Shown piece by piece: positions 8,093 to 21,058 of a stretch of DNA of 64,000 bases. A program made the position numbers and the translations under genes. Numbering within the stretch: position 1 is the stretch's first letter; the number at the start of each line of letters is the position of its first letter. The stretch is from Anolis carolinensis (lineage: Eukaryota). Location: contig NC_085845.1 of NCBI RefSeq assembly GCF_035594765.1, positions 157,868,897-157,932,896 on the forward strand, read 5' to 3'. The notes beneath the pieces were generated by a model, which ran no database searches, was not told the origin of the DNA, and was given only the letters and a program-made list of their open reading frames with translations.

Positions 8093-8191
8093 ACATTAAA
8101 TAATTGTGAGCATCTCTCCAAGTTTACATTTACTTTTATATTTACGAAGTGTAAAAGTACACTTGGAGAGATGTTCACAATTATTTAATGT
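8093..8191. repeat. Long inverted repeat (probable MITE relic) with an adjacent 25-bp direct duplication
   Basis: acattaaataattgtgagcatctctccaagt ... acttggagagatgttcacaattatttaatgt; caattatttaatgtccccaaaaatg occurs at 8178 and 8207. Confidence 0.75.
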
Positions 8192-8659
8192 CCCCAAAAA
8201 TGTCCCCAATTATTTAATGTCCCCAAAAATGGCTGGAGAAAGGGGGAGTTCTTTGGCAGGTCATGCTACAGACACACAGTAATCTCCATGAAAGCGATCA
8301 ACCTATTCCAACATTATAACAGGTTTTGCAAAAAGAATTCCTTTTGTATATATATACTATTTATTAAAGCTATTTTCTGCAAACTGTTGATATCATTATA
8401 CTGTACTGCAGTGGAGAGAGAGCATACCATTTTACTTTTCTCCCAGCAGTTCCATTCTTTGCCCTCTCATTACAGTCACCTTCTTTCTTTTTGGAGTTTT
8501 TGCATAAATATTGTTTCAGTAAAGGTGCAACATTTGGATCTACTCTGCTCGTGCTGCTTTCTCACAGTTGTTGTATATGAGGATAATGCTACTAGACATA
8601 GTGGTTCATAGGTGCAACAGTTTCTTGCCTTGTACAGGAGTCCATATATTAAACTAACT

Positions 8660-8952
8660 CAGGGCCGGCCCTAGGTATTTTTCAAATGTAGGCGAACAGA
8701 ATTTTGGCACCCCCCCCCCAAAAAAAAACAATCACTGAAAAATAAAAGCGTTGGATAAGCGAAAATGTTGAATAATAAGGAGGGATTAAGGAAAAGCCTC
8801 TTGAACATCAAATTACATTAAGATTTTACAAATTAAGCACCAAAACATCATGTTTTACAACAAATCAACAGAAAAAGCAGTCTCGACTGCGCCCCCGTAT
8901 GTTTCGCGCCCAAAGCGACCGTTTAATTTGCCTCATTGTTGGACTGGCTCTG
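8660..8952. mobile_element. Non-autonomous hAT element
   Basis: CAGGGCCGGCCC ... GGACTGGCTCTG termini; 8-bp TSD AACTAACT at 8652-8659 and 8953-8960. Confidence 0.8.
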
Positions 8953-10605
8953 AACTAACTTTCTTCCATTTAGCATGTAGAGAAGGCTTCCTTGATGTTG
9001 CTTTATTGTAAACTTGGCTAAAATTACAGTGTGTATTACCTCTTGAGCCTGGGATATTCTTAGGGTTCATATTCAAGGACTTGAACCCTTTCAGTTTTAA
9101 AGTTTTCAGTAGTCTTGGATACTGGATTTGGTTTCACCTCCACAACAGTGTGAATCTATTCAGTTTCTGATGGACTTGGCTTGGCATTACTTTAACTATG
9201 TACTTTCAGCATGTACTAGCTTTGTCGCTGGCTACAGTTAAGTGTAATGCAATACAAGCAAGATCTAACATCATACCTATGAGTTAAATGCTATGCGTAT
9301 ATAATATATATGGGATTATCTTTGTCAGTTTCACTGTAACAGTACCGCCATTGAGAGAAATTGCTTCTGTATAGCTATTTTGATTATGTCAAAGGACAAA
9401 ACTCTTTTGAAAACTGAATTTAATTTTAATTTAATCACTTAATCAAAGTTGTAAGCTTGGGCACATTTACCTTCAAATCAGATCCACTTAATCTTTCAGG
9501 GGATACATTTTTAGTAGACATGGATTGCACCTTACTAAAGAATTTCCATTGCTTTTAGAGAAACATTCTTTTACATGTTCATTTAGTAATTTGAGCTCCT
9601 GCTTTCAGAGTTCAAGAATGGAACTTGTTTCAAAGACATATAAAAATGCAGTTTAAAATGTCAATAAAAAGTATATTTTAGATAGTAACATTTCATGTTC
9701 TCATCTATATTCCTTATTTTGTTTTACATGGGGACAAAAACAAAACATTTGTGAGAGAAAAAGCATTAATCTCTTCATAAATGTTTTTTCAGATTTCTAG
9801 TGGTTTCACCTGTTGAACAAGACAGATATGTACTGCAATGCATTGCTAGGGATAATATCACTTGGAAAAGGATACCTGAGCATTCCTCAGCCTTAATCTT
9901 GGAACTATCGTATTTTTAATTAGGAAAGAATTGCTGTAATGTAATCCAATAAAATACCAAATCTGATACTAAGTAGAGGAAAACCAAATAAATTATACAA
10001 AAGACAACTGTTAACTGTGATGTATGTAAAACTAAATATATTCTCCAACTGCACCTTTTATTACTGAAATCAAAGACCATTCAGAAAGGCAGTATTAACT
10101 TGTCTAATTAGCTTTCTGTTTTGATGACATGAGCACACACCCAACCTTAGTACTAAGACTTTGACAGGAGTCACTGATGAATGCCAAATTCTTTGGATGG
10201 ACATACCCTGGAAACTTTTTATAAAGAAAACAAAGGAAATACACACCTGTTCAGCCTGTTTGTATAATTGATATTTACATAAGTCGTTCTTTGCAACTGT
10301 TAGCTAGGTTTTCTAATGCCCCTTTGCTCGATCTAGTCTAGTATATTCATCCTGCACTAGCAGCTCCCATCTTGTTATTGTCATGTGTCTTCCAATCTAT
10401 AGTGGCCCTATCAGAGGGTTTCCGTGGCAAGATTTCTTCACAGGAGTTTTGCTGTTGCCTTAATTTAAGGCTGAGAGAGTATATTTTAAGGTCAAATTAG
10501 CATTTATAAGGCAAACTAGAGGGATTTTAGAAGACTGTTTACTTCATACTCATGTACTCCATAGGTTAAGCTATAATTTCCATAATATCCAGCCAGCATT
10601 ATGAT

Positions 10606-10856
10606 TTTTTTTATCGTGTCAGAAGCGAATTGAGACAAGTTGCTTCTCTTTAAGAGAATCAGCTGTCTTCAAAGACGTTGCCCAGGGGACATCTGGATAT
10701 GTTACCATCCTGAAGGGCTTCTCTCATGTCCCAGCATGGGAAGCTAGGCCTGACAGATGGGAGCTCACCCCATCTTGCAGATTCCAACCGCCAACCCTCA
10801 AGCCAGCAATTCAGCTGGCACAAGGAATTAACCCATTGCACCATCGTGGCTCCTAC
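10606..10856 (-). mobile_element. tRNA-derived SINE
   Basis: Inverted homolog of 31298-31556; poly-T end; 9-bp TSD CATTATGAT. Confidence 0.8.
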
Positions 10857-10895
10857 CATTATGATGGGACTATGGGAGTTAAATACCAATATATC

Positions 10896-11112
10896 TGGAG
10901 GGTATTGGACTTGTGAATTCTCCTGTAGTATTTCTACTTTGCTGACATGTAAATATCAAAATCATTTCAACCAATCTACTTTAGCTTGTCCATTACATTT
11001 TAATTATTAATAAAACATTTGGAGGGTATTGGATTTGGAAATGCTCATGTAGTACTTCTACTTTAGTGATATGGCAAAACCAATCTTCTTTAGCTTGCCC
11101 ATCACATTTTAA
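10896..11112. repeat. Diverged tandem duplication of about 100 bp
   Basis: tggagggtattgga...ttctacttt...accaatct.ctttagcttg.ccat.acattttaa at 10896 and 11020. Confidence 0.7.
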
Positions 11113-12098
11113 GTAGAAATACAAACTTCTGTTGTGAATTTTCCCCCAAAGGGAGTATAATTCATCATTTTACTCAGTATTCTAAAACTGCAAGACCTTT
11201 GCTGAGTTTTGGTCACTTGCCTAGGTTTTTCCTCTTGTTTCTTTATTGCTTAGCAACTGCAAATTATCTCAAAGAAAACTAATACTAAGTTAGAACAGTC
11301 TCATTTTTGGTAACTTCATGGAAAGATAGGAATGAAGGTTACAGGATTGGTGGGTGGGGGATGCATTTTGTGTTTGTTTTCTCTCCGTGTAAGTTGGCTT
11401 CACATGAGAAGCGGTGGTACTTCTTTCCCTGTGTTTTACCTTAAAAGGTAAATGTAGCTGTGTTCCAGGAAGTTATGATGTAAACATTGCATTTTCCTTT
11501 TTAATGGAGTATAGGAGAAAGATAACTTTTTGGTGATGTAACTTTTTTCTTTTGACATTTCTTCCCTGACACAACCAGCAACCAGCTCAAGTGGCTGGCA
11601 GAGCATATGCTTAGGGTAGAGATTTCTGCAGGTTTCTGGTCCAGCATGCACTGTTAAAACATCTTGGGTGACATATTTGCTAGCTTAAGTAGATATAGAT
11701 GGCAGGGTGGATCAATTGGTGGTATAAGAGCTTTATATGTTCATCCTTTAATACATCATTTAATATCATAGGTGATAACTTTCACCTTCAAGTGAAGAAC
11801 AGGATTTTTATACACATCCAAAATAATTGAATTTCTCAAATCTCATTTGTAGTGGACCACATACATGTAGTGGAACCCAATGGATAACATCTGTTCCACT
11901 GACTGCACTCTGGCTCATCTGGGTTGAAATCTAGGTCAGCCTGACATAACTTGACTTAAGACAGCATTAACTTCTCCTGACCCACAAAACAGTCCAAGGT
12001 AGCTGGATTCCACTTAAGGAAGAAGGATGTACTAGTTGACAGGTTGTTGCAGTGCTGTATAATGATATTTGTACATAACAAGCTTTTCATCTCTGCAG

Positions 12099-12233
12099 GG
12101 TGCCAACAGTTCAAACTTGTCTATAATTGTTCAAAACAAGAAGTGCTTTGACAATGACATTGTCTGCTCAAAAAATGTTTTTATTTCTGTTGGAGATGCT
12201 GAGATTTTTTTCAGTGAACCCCTAAGCTTACAG
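12099..12233 (+). CDS. OTOGL: OTOGL exon (VWD)
   Basis: AG/GT bounded, phase 0-0; QNKKCFDNDIVCSK. Confidence 0.92.
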
Positions 12234-12722
12234 GTATGTGCTGTTTTTCCTTTCTTTATTCATTCAACCACAGTATAAGTCAGTATTTGAAATACCCCTA
12301 AGATGTCACTTCTCCAATTCGGAGCTTCCATATATCCATCTTTCCCATTATGGGACAACTGTTGCCTTTAGACAATGAGTAATGTGGTATTTCCATATAT
12401 GCGAAGGAGACAACCTTGTAGAAGACCTCCAAATTCTCTTAACAAAAGCTCTGTTTTTGTTTCCCTGCTTTTTCCTCAATAGACATTTGTATAATTACCA
12501 CATGACCAAACTTCTCAAGAGCCAATAATTTGAATCCATTCCCATTAATTTCCCACCCAAAAAACACAGTGGTTAATAATGTTAAGAGATAGTTAATAAT
12601 GTCAAGAGAAACATAATGATTGCCCTTCCCAAATCTCAAATTGAATAATTCTCAACATTTTGTTTAGAGTGGCTTTAATATTTTGGTGGCAGGAAAATGT
12701 GACTTCTCTTATGCAACTGATC

Positions 12723-12767
<45 letters not shown>
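12723..12767. repeat. (TA)n(CA)n microsatellite
   Basis: Seen directly. Confidence 0.95.
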
Positions 12768-13155
12768 TTTTTTCTTGAAAATTAAAAAAGGTATACATTC
12801 TAATGGTGTACTTTTCACTTTTCCTTTGAATCTGGTCATTTTGTTGCAGCACTTCATATTGGTTATACTCTCATGTTGTTTGTCTCTGATCACAACTATA
12901 CAATGTTAGTTTTCAGTGATGTGGCAAACTAACCATATGGAGGACAGAAGTAATGTAGTTGTTTGAAAGAGACAGCTTGTCTTCCACTAAGAAGAAAGTT
13001 GATAGATTTTGTAATTTTTTAAAAAAGCTCTTCAATTTTGAATAATAATTATTGTTTTAATCAGTCATTCAGCTCTTGCTTTAGTGTTAGTTAAGTGCAC
13101 ATATAAGTTTAGATATCTGTTGTATATTACAGACCTCATATCAATTTCTTCACAG

Positions 13156-13302
13156 AGGACGCCAGGGAAGCCTGAAAACAAATCCAAATATCAGATTTGG
13201 AAGGCTGGGTTTTATACTGCAGTACACTTTCCAGAGCAGGAGATCACAGTTCTATGGGACAGGAAGACAACCATTCATATCAAAGTGGGAGCTAAATGGA
13301 AG
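13156..13302 (+). CDS. OTOGL: OTOGL exon
   Basis: AG/GT; YQIWKAG..WDRKTTIHIKVG. Confidence 0.92.
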
Positions 13303-13852
13303 GTAAATCTATATGAAATTGAGCACCTTGTATTTTACAAAAATGGAGTATTTGTAGAAGGAAATGTGTTCCACAGACCATACCTTGTGGACAGGAGAGC
13401 TCTATTCCAATTAGGACACCCCCTCTGCTCTGATGTGGCTCCATATCCTTTTCTTATGTACTGCCATAGGTGAACATATAAACCCTCCTGCAGGGAAAGG
13501 AGAAGCCAGATACACAGTAGGATAGGGATTATTACTGTCTTATTATGGGAAAACCACTTCCAATATTTTATGTCAGCTATGGCCATTTATGTTAACAGCA
13601 TGTTTTATGTATTACATTTCTGTTAACAGTATGGTTTAAGCAAAGAATTCTAAAAACAGTAGTAATATATTCCTCCCTAGGAAGGAGTCCTATAAATAAA
13701 ATAAGATGTCCATATCAGTATCTTGAGTTGAGCTTCAAAAGAGATTGGAGCCAGTGTTGTTGGTGCATGACTGGTGATATGTGATCCCAAAAGCACATAT
13801 CTGACAACACTCTGATTGCTTTATTACACCTTATCTATATAGTCTGCACAAA

Positions 13853-13897
13853 GAGTCGGAAGCGACTGAACAAATAAACAACAACAACAACAACAAC
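13853..13897 (+). mobile_element. RTE-type LINE 3' tail remnant
   Basis: gagtcggaagcgactgaac followed by (CAA)n. Confidence 0.55.
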
Positions 13898-14174
13898 ATT
13901 TAGTCTCAAAAGACTATTACTGCATTACAGTAATCTAATTTTAATCTTTCAGAAGTTATTTTGTATAGCTAGTATGTTCATAAACCAACACGACATATAG
14001 AAGTTTGTCAGACCTGCAGATTTACTGCTGGATTTTATTTTATTTTATTTTAATTTATTAAAAAACATGCATACTGTGCTTGTCATCAGTCTGATACTTG
14101 CCTTTATAATTTAAAATTGAACAGCACAATGAATGAATGAATCAAGCAGTAAAATAATTCTATTATAATTTCAG

Positions 14175-14294
14175 GGTAAATTGGCAGGCTTGTGTGGAAA
14201 TTTTGACAAATACACTTCAAATGATCTGACTACATCCAACAACATGGAAATAAAAAATGCTCAGCTTTTTGGAGAGAGCTGGGCAATAGGACAG
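14175..14294 (+). CDS. OTOGL: OTOGL exon
   Basis: GKLAGLCGNFD (VWD motif)..FGESWAIGQ. Confidence 0.95.
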
Positions 14295-15294
14295 GTAAGC
14301 ATAGGAGCAGGCCGAATATTATTTCCAGTTTTAGAGCATAAGCATTGGTATTAAGAAAGCAAAAACATTAAATTATTAAAGCTCATCAATTAGATAGTAA
14401 AGATATTTGTTTCTCTTACATTTTTCTCAATTACTTTTTAACCCCTACCATTCATAGCTGGTCATTCCTACATTAATGAAGTGTGAATTTGCAACAGGGT
14501 ATGAATTTGGGAGGCATCACTCACATCTTTTTAAAAAAAGCAAAATAAAAAGACTTTGGTAGACTCAAATGGTGTGCTCAGGACTGCTTGTCTGAGAGGA
14601 GAACTGTAGTTCATCAAATTTCCAGAATAATGGTTCTCCTTTGACGTAAGATCCCTGTTCCCAGAAGACCTTGTTTTCAAATCCAATTCCATTCTGGAGA
14701 AAGAAAAATAGGTTTCTTCCACCTACAGTTGCCTCTGTACCACTTTTTTGGGGGTAAGGGGGAAGGTGACCTGCACTAAGATCCACAGGTGCCAAAATGG
14801 CCTTCTGAAGTTGCTCAGTCTTACTGTATTGATGAGCATTAGCCTCCTAAGTAGTTAGCCAGAATAAATGAACAGTGGAGGCTGGTGTCTCCCATGTTGT
14901 TACATCACTAGGCCAAGTTTTGCTCTAAGAAAAATGGCACTGAACCTATTTTTGGTGTAGGGCTCAGAACCTAGGATAATTCCTTTAAAGTTTGGAGTAA
15001 AACTTGAAGTAGATTCCTCATCCCAGTGATATAGAGGTAACCAGCTTCCATGACTCTGGCAGCTACAATGTGAAACAAGCAAGCAAGGAAGGAAGTATAG
15101 GGGATACAAATTCATCAGAAGTTAATGCTTAATCTTTCTTTTCATTAACACATGTAAGTTTTCATCTCTATAACATCCAACAAATAGTATAACTAGATTA
15201 CCAGAAACAGAAGAAATTCAAACGTAAATGCTAGCTATTTATGTATAAGAGAGTCCTTCCAGATGAGAATGGTCAGATATGGGAGATTTAACAG

Positions 15295-16470
15295 TGTCTT
15301 GGTAGACACTGATTTTCTAGATCTGGCACAGTCTGGCTTCAGGCCGGGGCATGGTACTGAGACAGCCTTGGTCGCATTAGTATATCTACGCTGGGAACTG
15401 GACAGGGGAAGTGTGGCCCTGCTGGTTCTGCTGGACCTCTCAGTGGCCTTCAATACCGTCGATCATGATATCCTTCTGGGGTGCCTTGCCGGGATGGGTC
15501 TCAAAGGTACTGTTTTGCAGTGGCTCCGGTCCTTTCTGGAGGATCGTTCCCAGATGGTGTCACTGGGGGACACCTTCTCAGCCCCACAACCATTGACTTG
15601 TGGGGTCCCACAGGGTTCAGTACTGTCCCTCATGTTGTTTAACATATAGCTCTGTCACTCTTAAGGAGGCTGTTCAGGTCCTGAACCAGTGTCTGGCCAC
15701 TGTGTCAGACTGGATGAGGGTGAACAAATTGAAATTGAATCCAGACAAGACAGAGGTCCTCTTGGTCAGTCGTAGGGCCAAAAAGGGTATAGGGTTACAG
15801 CCTGTGTTGGATGGGGTCACACTCCCCCTGAAGACGCAGGTTCACAGTCTGGGAGTTCTCCTGGACTCATCGCTGAGCCTGGAACCCCAGGTCTCGGCGG
15901 TGGCCAGGGGAGCATTTGCACAATTAAGACTTGTGTGCCAACTGCACCTGTACCTTGGGAAGTCTGAATTGGCCACGGTGGTCCACACTCTGGTTACATC
16001 CCACCTGGATTACTGCAATGTGCTCTACGTGGGGATGCCTTTGAAGATGGCCTGGAAGCTTCAATTAGTACAACGGGTGGCAGCCAGGCTTATAACCAGA
16101 GCGGCATACAGGGAGCAAACCACTCCTCTGTTGCATCAGCTCCACTGGCTGCCAATATGCTACTGAGCCCAATTCAAAGTGCTGGCCTTGGCCTACAAAG
16201 CCCTAAATGGTTCTGGTCCAACTTACCTGTCCGAACGTATCTCCTCCTATGAGCCTATGAGAACTCTACGATCATCTGGGGAGGGCCTGCTCTTGATCCC
16301 ACCTGCCTCGCAAGCGTGGCTTGTGGGGATGAGAGACAGGGCCTTCTCAGTGGTGGCTCCTCAGCTGTGGAATTTCCTCCCTAGTGACATTCAGCAGGCC
16401 CCATCCCTTTTGGGTTTCAGAAAGAAATTGAAGACCTGGCTGTGTGCGCAAGCATTTAAAGAATAAGTTC
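15295..16470 (+). mobile_element. L2-clade LINE, 5'-truncated, with stops and an internal deletion
   Basis: QSGFRPGHGTETAL, LDLSVAFNTVDH, GVPQGSVL, LKLNPDKTE, HLDYCN, LHWLPI, RAFSVVAP; the YADD segment is missing near 15648. Confidence 0.88.
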
Positions 16471-16543
16471 TGCTGGCTTCAGCTCGGTCTAGATTAAGGT
16501 TTATGTACAAGGTTTTGCGGATGAATGGTTCAAGTACTCATAG

Positions 16544-16652
16544 TTAAGAACGGGGATGAGACAACAGGAAGTGAGAGAAATCTACCCCTGGGAAAGGAAA
16601 TTCACCCCTGAAAGAGTTATCATGGGGAAAAGGTGTCTCCACTGAAGCTTTA
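16544..16652. mobile_element. Fragment of the Tc1/mariner-type MITE family seen at 60827-61142
   Basis: aaattcacccctgaaagagttatcatggggaaaaggtg is the inverted match of about 61022-61060. Confidence 0.65.
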
Positions 16653-16744
16653 TGTGGCATGTGTGTATTTTCAGTGACATATGCCATGAAGAGAAAATCA
16701 TAACACCTACTGATAAATGTTGTATTTGCTTTTATATCAATCAG

Positions 16745-16861
16745 TGTGCAAGTCCCAATGAAACCATAAAACTGTGTGAAGTCCATCAGAGCAAGTTCCC
16801 TTATGCCAAAAAGGAATGCTCTTTATTGTACAGTGATGTTTTTGCCCCCTGTCGTAATGTG
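16745..16861 (+). CDS. OTOGL: OTOGL exon (C8)
   Basis: CASPNETIKLCEVHQSKFPYAKKECS. Confidence 0.93.
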
Positions 16862-18100
16862 GTAAGTTAATAATGCATAAACCATCTATGAAGAGCAAGC
16901 ATTTATCAAATGTTTGAGTGCTCACCTTAGATATGAGCTATTGCTCATCTGGGTGCTTATTAAGGAAGCCATTTGTTCACATGCTCTTTCTGGTGTCTGT
17001 GATAAAAATCTACTTACGTGGATACATATGGGTCATCATGCGTAGACTGTTGAAGCACATTGTACATTTTTTCGCCAAGGCTTGTCTAATATATTGTAGC
17101 ACTTTTTGGTAGAATTTGCTATGTGTGAATCTCTCTTTCCAGGACAATACACACAAAGACATTACATCAAGACCAATTACTGACCTACCCAAATATCTGT
17201 AGTAGTGTTATTAGTGTAAATAGTTAGAACATGTTCAATTTATCTACGCAGCAGAGGTCGGAAAACTCATGTTTTTTGGTTCATGGTTAACAGAAATCCC
17301 CAGTCATCATACTAGTTTGCAGATTTACTGCTAAGATTATTTCTGTCTGAATTTGATAGTTGAACTAGCTATTTCAGCAGGTGGCAGTATTTGCTTTCCA
17401 ATGCGAGAAAGTAATGATTGTTTAGCTTTGCTGAAGTGTTTATTATTGTAAACTCTCAAGGGAGAAGTCAAAAAGGTCAGCTCTATGCATTTAACATTCA
17501 TAGGTCAATTGAAGAACATTTACATGCACACCCAGGAATCATAACATATACATTTGATGCAACTGCAACTCCAAGGCATTGTAGCACAATGAAATGGTCA
17601 CTTCTTATTCTGGAAACAGATGTGGGTATTTGTTCAATGTTTTAATCCCATAATGATTGGTTTCTTGTTCCTGGTGTCTTGGTTTTAGTAATTTCCCACT
17701 TAACATCTTTCCTCACATGCCTTGTCTTCAACTTATTTAGCTTTACCACAGTTTATGCTATATTTTATTTTTTACTTTCTCATTTTCCATTGGCTTCCAT
17801 TGTTACAAAGAATCCTTATTGCCTTTTATGAGTTTGTGGCTTTCCTGATACTTCTGTTTAACCTGGGTAAATCATCTTCAATATTTTACAGGGAGGCAAA
17901 CATAGATTTGTTCAGATTAGCTTTTGGCATCTAAATTCAATAAGTTCAAACAGGTTATTGTTTTAATACATTGTTGTGATTTAATTTTGTGCTTCACCTG
18001 CTTGTACATTGTATGTCATAGGGGAGATAATTCCATAACTACATATTATAGATGAATTTATCTAGATTATAATATTCCACATGTATTTATATAAACCTCA

Positions 18101-18406
18101 CAGGTTGAGTATCACTAATCTGAAATGATTGAGACCAGAAGTGTTTGGGATTTTGGAGTATTTGGATATATATAATGTGATATCATGGAGATGGAAACAC
18201 AACATTCATTTATGTTTCATAGAACCACCATACTTATTTGGCCTGTGGGTAGTTTTATACTTAATACTTTCAACAATTTTGTGCATGAAACAAGTTTGTG
18301 TACACTGAACCATCAAAAAGTGAAGGTGTTACTATCTCAGCCTTCCATGTGGATGATTTTGGAGTATTCTGGATTTCAGAATTCCAGATAAGGGGTTCTC
18401 AGCCTG
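18101..18406. mobile_element. Tigger/mariner-like MITE
   Basis: CAGGTTGAGTATC ... GGTTCTCAGCCTG(TA); inverted homolog at 54155-54491. Confidence 0.7.
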
Positions 18407-18525
18407 TAGTAAGTTGAAATAATTGTCCAAGTTTCCCTGAAGTATTTTGACACTTTGTACTTCAATTTTGTTTCATCTAGTCCTCTCACTATTCAGAAAT
18501 ATTGACTCTACTTCATATTTTTCAG

Positions 18526-18682
18526 ATTGATGTGACATCATTTGTCAAAAACTGCCATACTGACACGTGCAATTGTAATCTTGGTGCAGACTGCGAATGT
18601 CTGTGTACAAGTATTGCAGCGTATGCACATAAGTGCTGCCAGGAGGGTGCAGTGATTCACTGGAGATCGCCATTTCTCTGTC
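18526..18682 (+). CDS. OTOGL: OTOGL exon (C8)
   Basis: DTCNCNLGADCECLCTSIAAYAHKCCQEG. Confidence 0.95.
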
Positions 18683-19372
18683 GTACGTATGGTATTCGTG
18701 CCCATTAACATCATTGGTACAGAGAAAGTTGATTATTCAGCTGTTTGCTTAAATTGCAGAGATTGGAAGTGCTAATGTTGATAAGCACTGATATATGATA
18801 TTTTAACTATAGCTAGAGTGGACAATTTCAGTATGTTGGAATACCAAAATTCTGACAGTGGAAGTCTCTGAGATTTCCCCATTGCCAGCCAAGTCCCTGA
18901 AAGTTGATGGAAGTTTGCTTCTGCTATTTAAAATAGATATTTATTCATGTTAAGTAGTGCAGTGGTATGTGCACTCTATTGAAAGCTGAATACTGGAGGA
19001 TTCATTCTTTTTTGCATACAAAATAAACTGAGGAATCTAGAATGACCTAAGTCAATGAAAATGTCTTGGGGTGCCCTTCATCCCCAAACAAAATCTGTTC
19101 TATCATGATCTATATTTCTAAAAACTAGATCTTATGTCACAGTCTATACTTTCTCAGGCTATCCGAGAGATAAAAATCTTTTTCTCTTTCTTCATTCATT
19201 TTAATTATAGTGTTCTTAAATTGACCTTTGTAATAGCATTACCTTTGAAAAAGTATCAGTGATTTAAAAAGAAATTGGAAAGATTGTTCTATTGCATTTA
19301 CAGTGTGAGTAAAAGCCCATCTTAAACATGTAAGGTGGCAATAAAACTTCAAATCACTGAATTCCTTACCTA

Positions 19373-19702
19373 CAGTAGAGTCTCACTTATCCAACATTCT
19401 GGATTATCCAATGCAATCAGCCTTTTAGTAGTCAATGTTTTTGTAGTCAATGTTTTCAATACATTGTGATGTTTTGGTGCTAAATTCGTAAATACAGTAA
19501 TTACTACGTAGCATTACTGCGTATTGAACTACTTTTTCTGTCAAATTTGTTGTTAAACATGATGATTTGGTGCTTAATTTGTAAAATCATAACCTAATTT
19601 GATGTTTAATAGGCTTTTCTTTAACCCCTCCTTATTATCCAACATATTCGCTTATTCAATGTTCTGCCGGCCCATTTATGTTGGATAAGTGAGACTCTAC
19701 TG
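19373..19702. mobile_element. Young Tc1/mariner MITE
   Basis: Perfect TIR CAGTAGAGTCTCACTTATCCAACAT; TA duplicated on both sides. Confidence 0.9.
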
Positions 19703-19873
19703 TACTAAGATAATTCCAGAAAATGAGGCTTTTGATTAAAAGATATAGAAAGACATCTTTTTGTAAACTAGATTTTACTTCCTATGAAATTGCTTTTGAG
19801 CTATTGCTAATAATGAATTCTCCAGTTAGATTTTGCTCTGGAGGCTTCTAACAGTGTGCCTTTTTTCTTTTAG

Positions 19874-19900
19874 CTTATGACTGTGATTATTACAACCAAG
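19874..19900 (+). CDS. OTOGL: OTOGL 27-nt microexon
   Basis: tttag|CT TAT GAC TGT GAT TAT TAC AAC CAA G|gtatgt; phase 1-1 fits both neighbours. Confidence 0.88.
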
Positions 19901-20447
19901 GTATGTAGTAATTTTATGGATTAATAAAATGCAAACAGTCTCCCAAGTACTGATCCTTCTTATTCAAGAAGTAGATGCGTATTTAGAAATTGCTTAACAC
20001 ATGTTTTTAAATGCTCTTATTTACATGATGGGAACACTATCTGAGATACAACAACAACATTATAATTATTTTGTATAGAAAGCAACTTTAAGAGAATCTA
20101 ACACCCCAATGCTCTGCTTTCTATTACATTTTGTGATACAATTGTGTCCAGAAACAGTTGTAGTCCAAGATAGGCTGCAAGGAAAATGTTAAGTGGGGCA
20201 GTTAGTCTAATAATAGCATGGTAAAATTTGAAGTGGGCTGATCAAGTCTCAATTATGAGGCAGAAATGGACCAAATATGGACAAGTGGCAACTGACAAAC
20301 TGCAGGTAGAACTAGTGTTCAAAATGTAGTATAATAGAGGACAGTGATTCATACACTGATACTTAAACTGGAAGAAACCATCAAGAAAACACAGGTAGTG
20401 TTTGTATATGTGTTTTGATGTGTGTGTGAAGGGACTACTGTAATTGG

Positions 20448-20448
<1 letters not shown>

Positions 20449-20490
<42 letters not shown>
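20449..20490. repeat. (TAA)n microsatellite
   Basis: Seen directly. Confidence 0.95.
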
Positions 20491-20735
20491 TGTATTACCC
20501 GTCTCTCCTTGTTGCTCGAGGTGGAATGAAGAGGCAGAACCCACTACAAGTGAATATTATGATATCTCACAGAACCTTTGTAGCTTCCAGCATAGTCTTT
20601 CCTCTGTAGTTATCATCCTTTGCTTCTTCGTGTTTTGTGTAAACAACCCTAAGGGCATTGTCATGTTGAACAGTATAGTCATATTAAATAACAAACAAAT
20701 AAGGAGATAATATTACTGCCAGCCTAGGCCATTCT

Positions 20736-21058
20736 ACAGTCAACCTTCCACATTCTCTGTGCTACAGGCATAGGACCCCTATGAAAGTAAAAAAACAAAC
20801 AAAACCCATGACATTGCAATTTTTTTCCTGACTCTATGGTCAACTTGTGCTGGAAAATGACCACAGAATTGCATTTGACCATCTAGAGATTCCTAGAGAA
20901 GTATTCTCTCTAGAAGTTTCTTGGTTATCCAGCACAACTGGAGGAAGTTGTCCATAGTCACACTGGAGGAGCTCAAGATTTCTAGAAAGATCATTTAAAT
21001 CAAATCTGTCAATAATGAAACACAGAAAACTCAAGTTGCAAAGGTAGAGGGATTATTA
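20736..21058. mobile_element. Degenerate mariner-like MITE; related inverted copy at about 55630-55925
   Basis: TA-CAGTC start; shares an internal ctggagga..t.aga.t.cta.a block with about 55745-55770 in inverted orientation. Confidence 0.45.

Noticed and set aside
1-12098. Additional upstream OTOGL exons
   Set aside because: No Cys-rich or VWD-like peptide with suitable splice sites was recognised; the region is treated as one long intron, though a small exon could have been missed.
15263-16466. Functional reverse transcriptase gene
   Set aside because: In-frame stops, loss of the YADD segment and 5' truncation mark it as a dead L2 copy.
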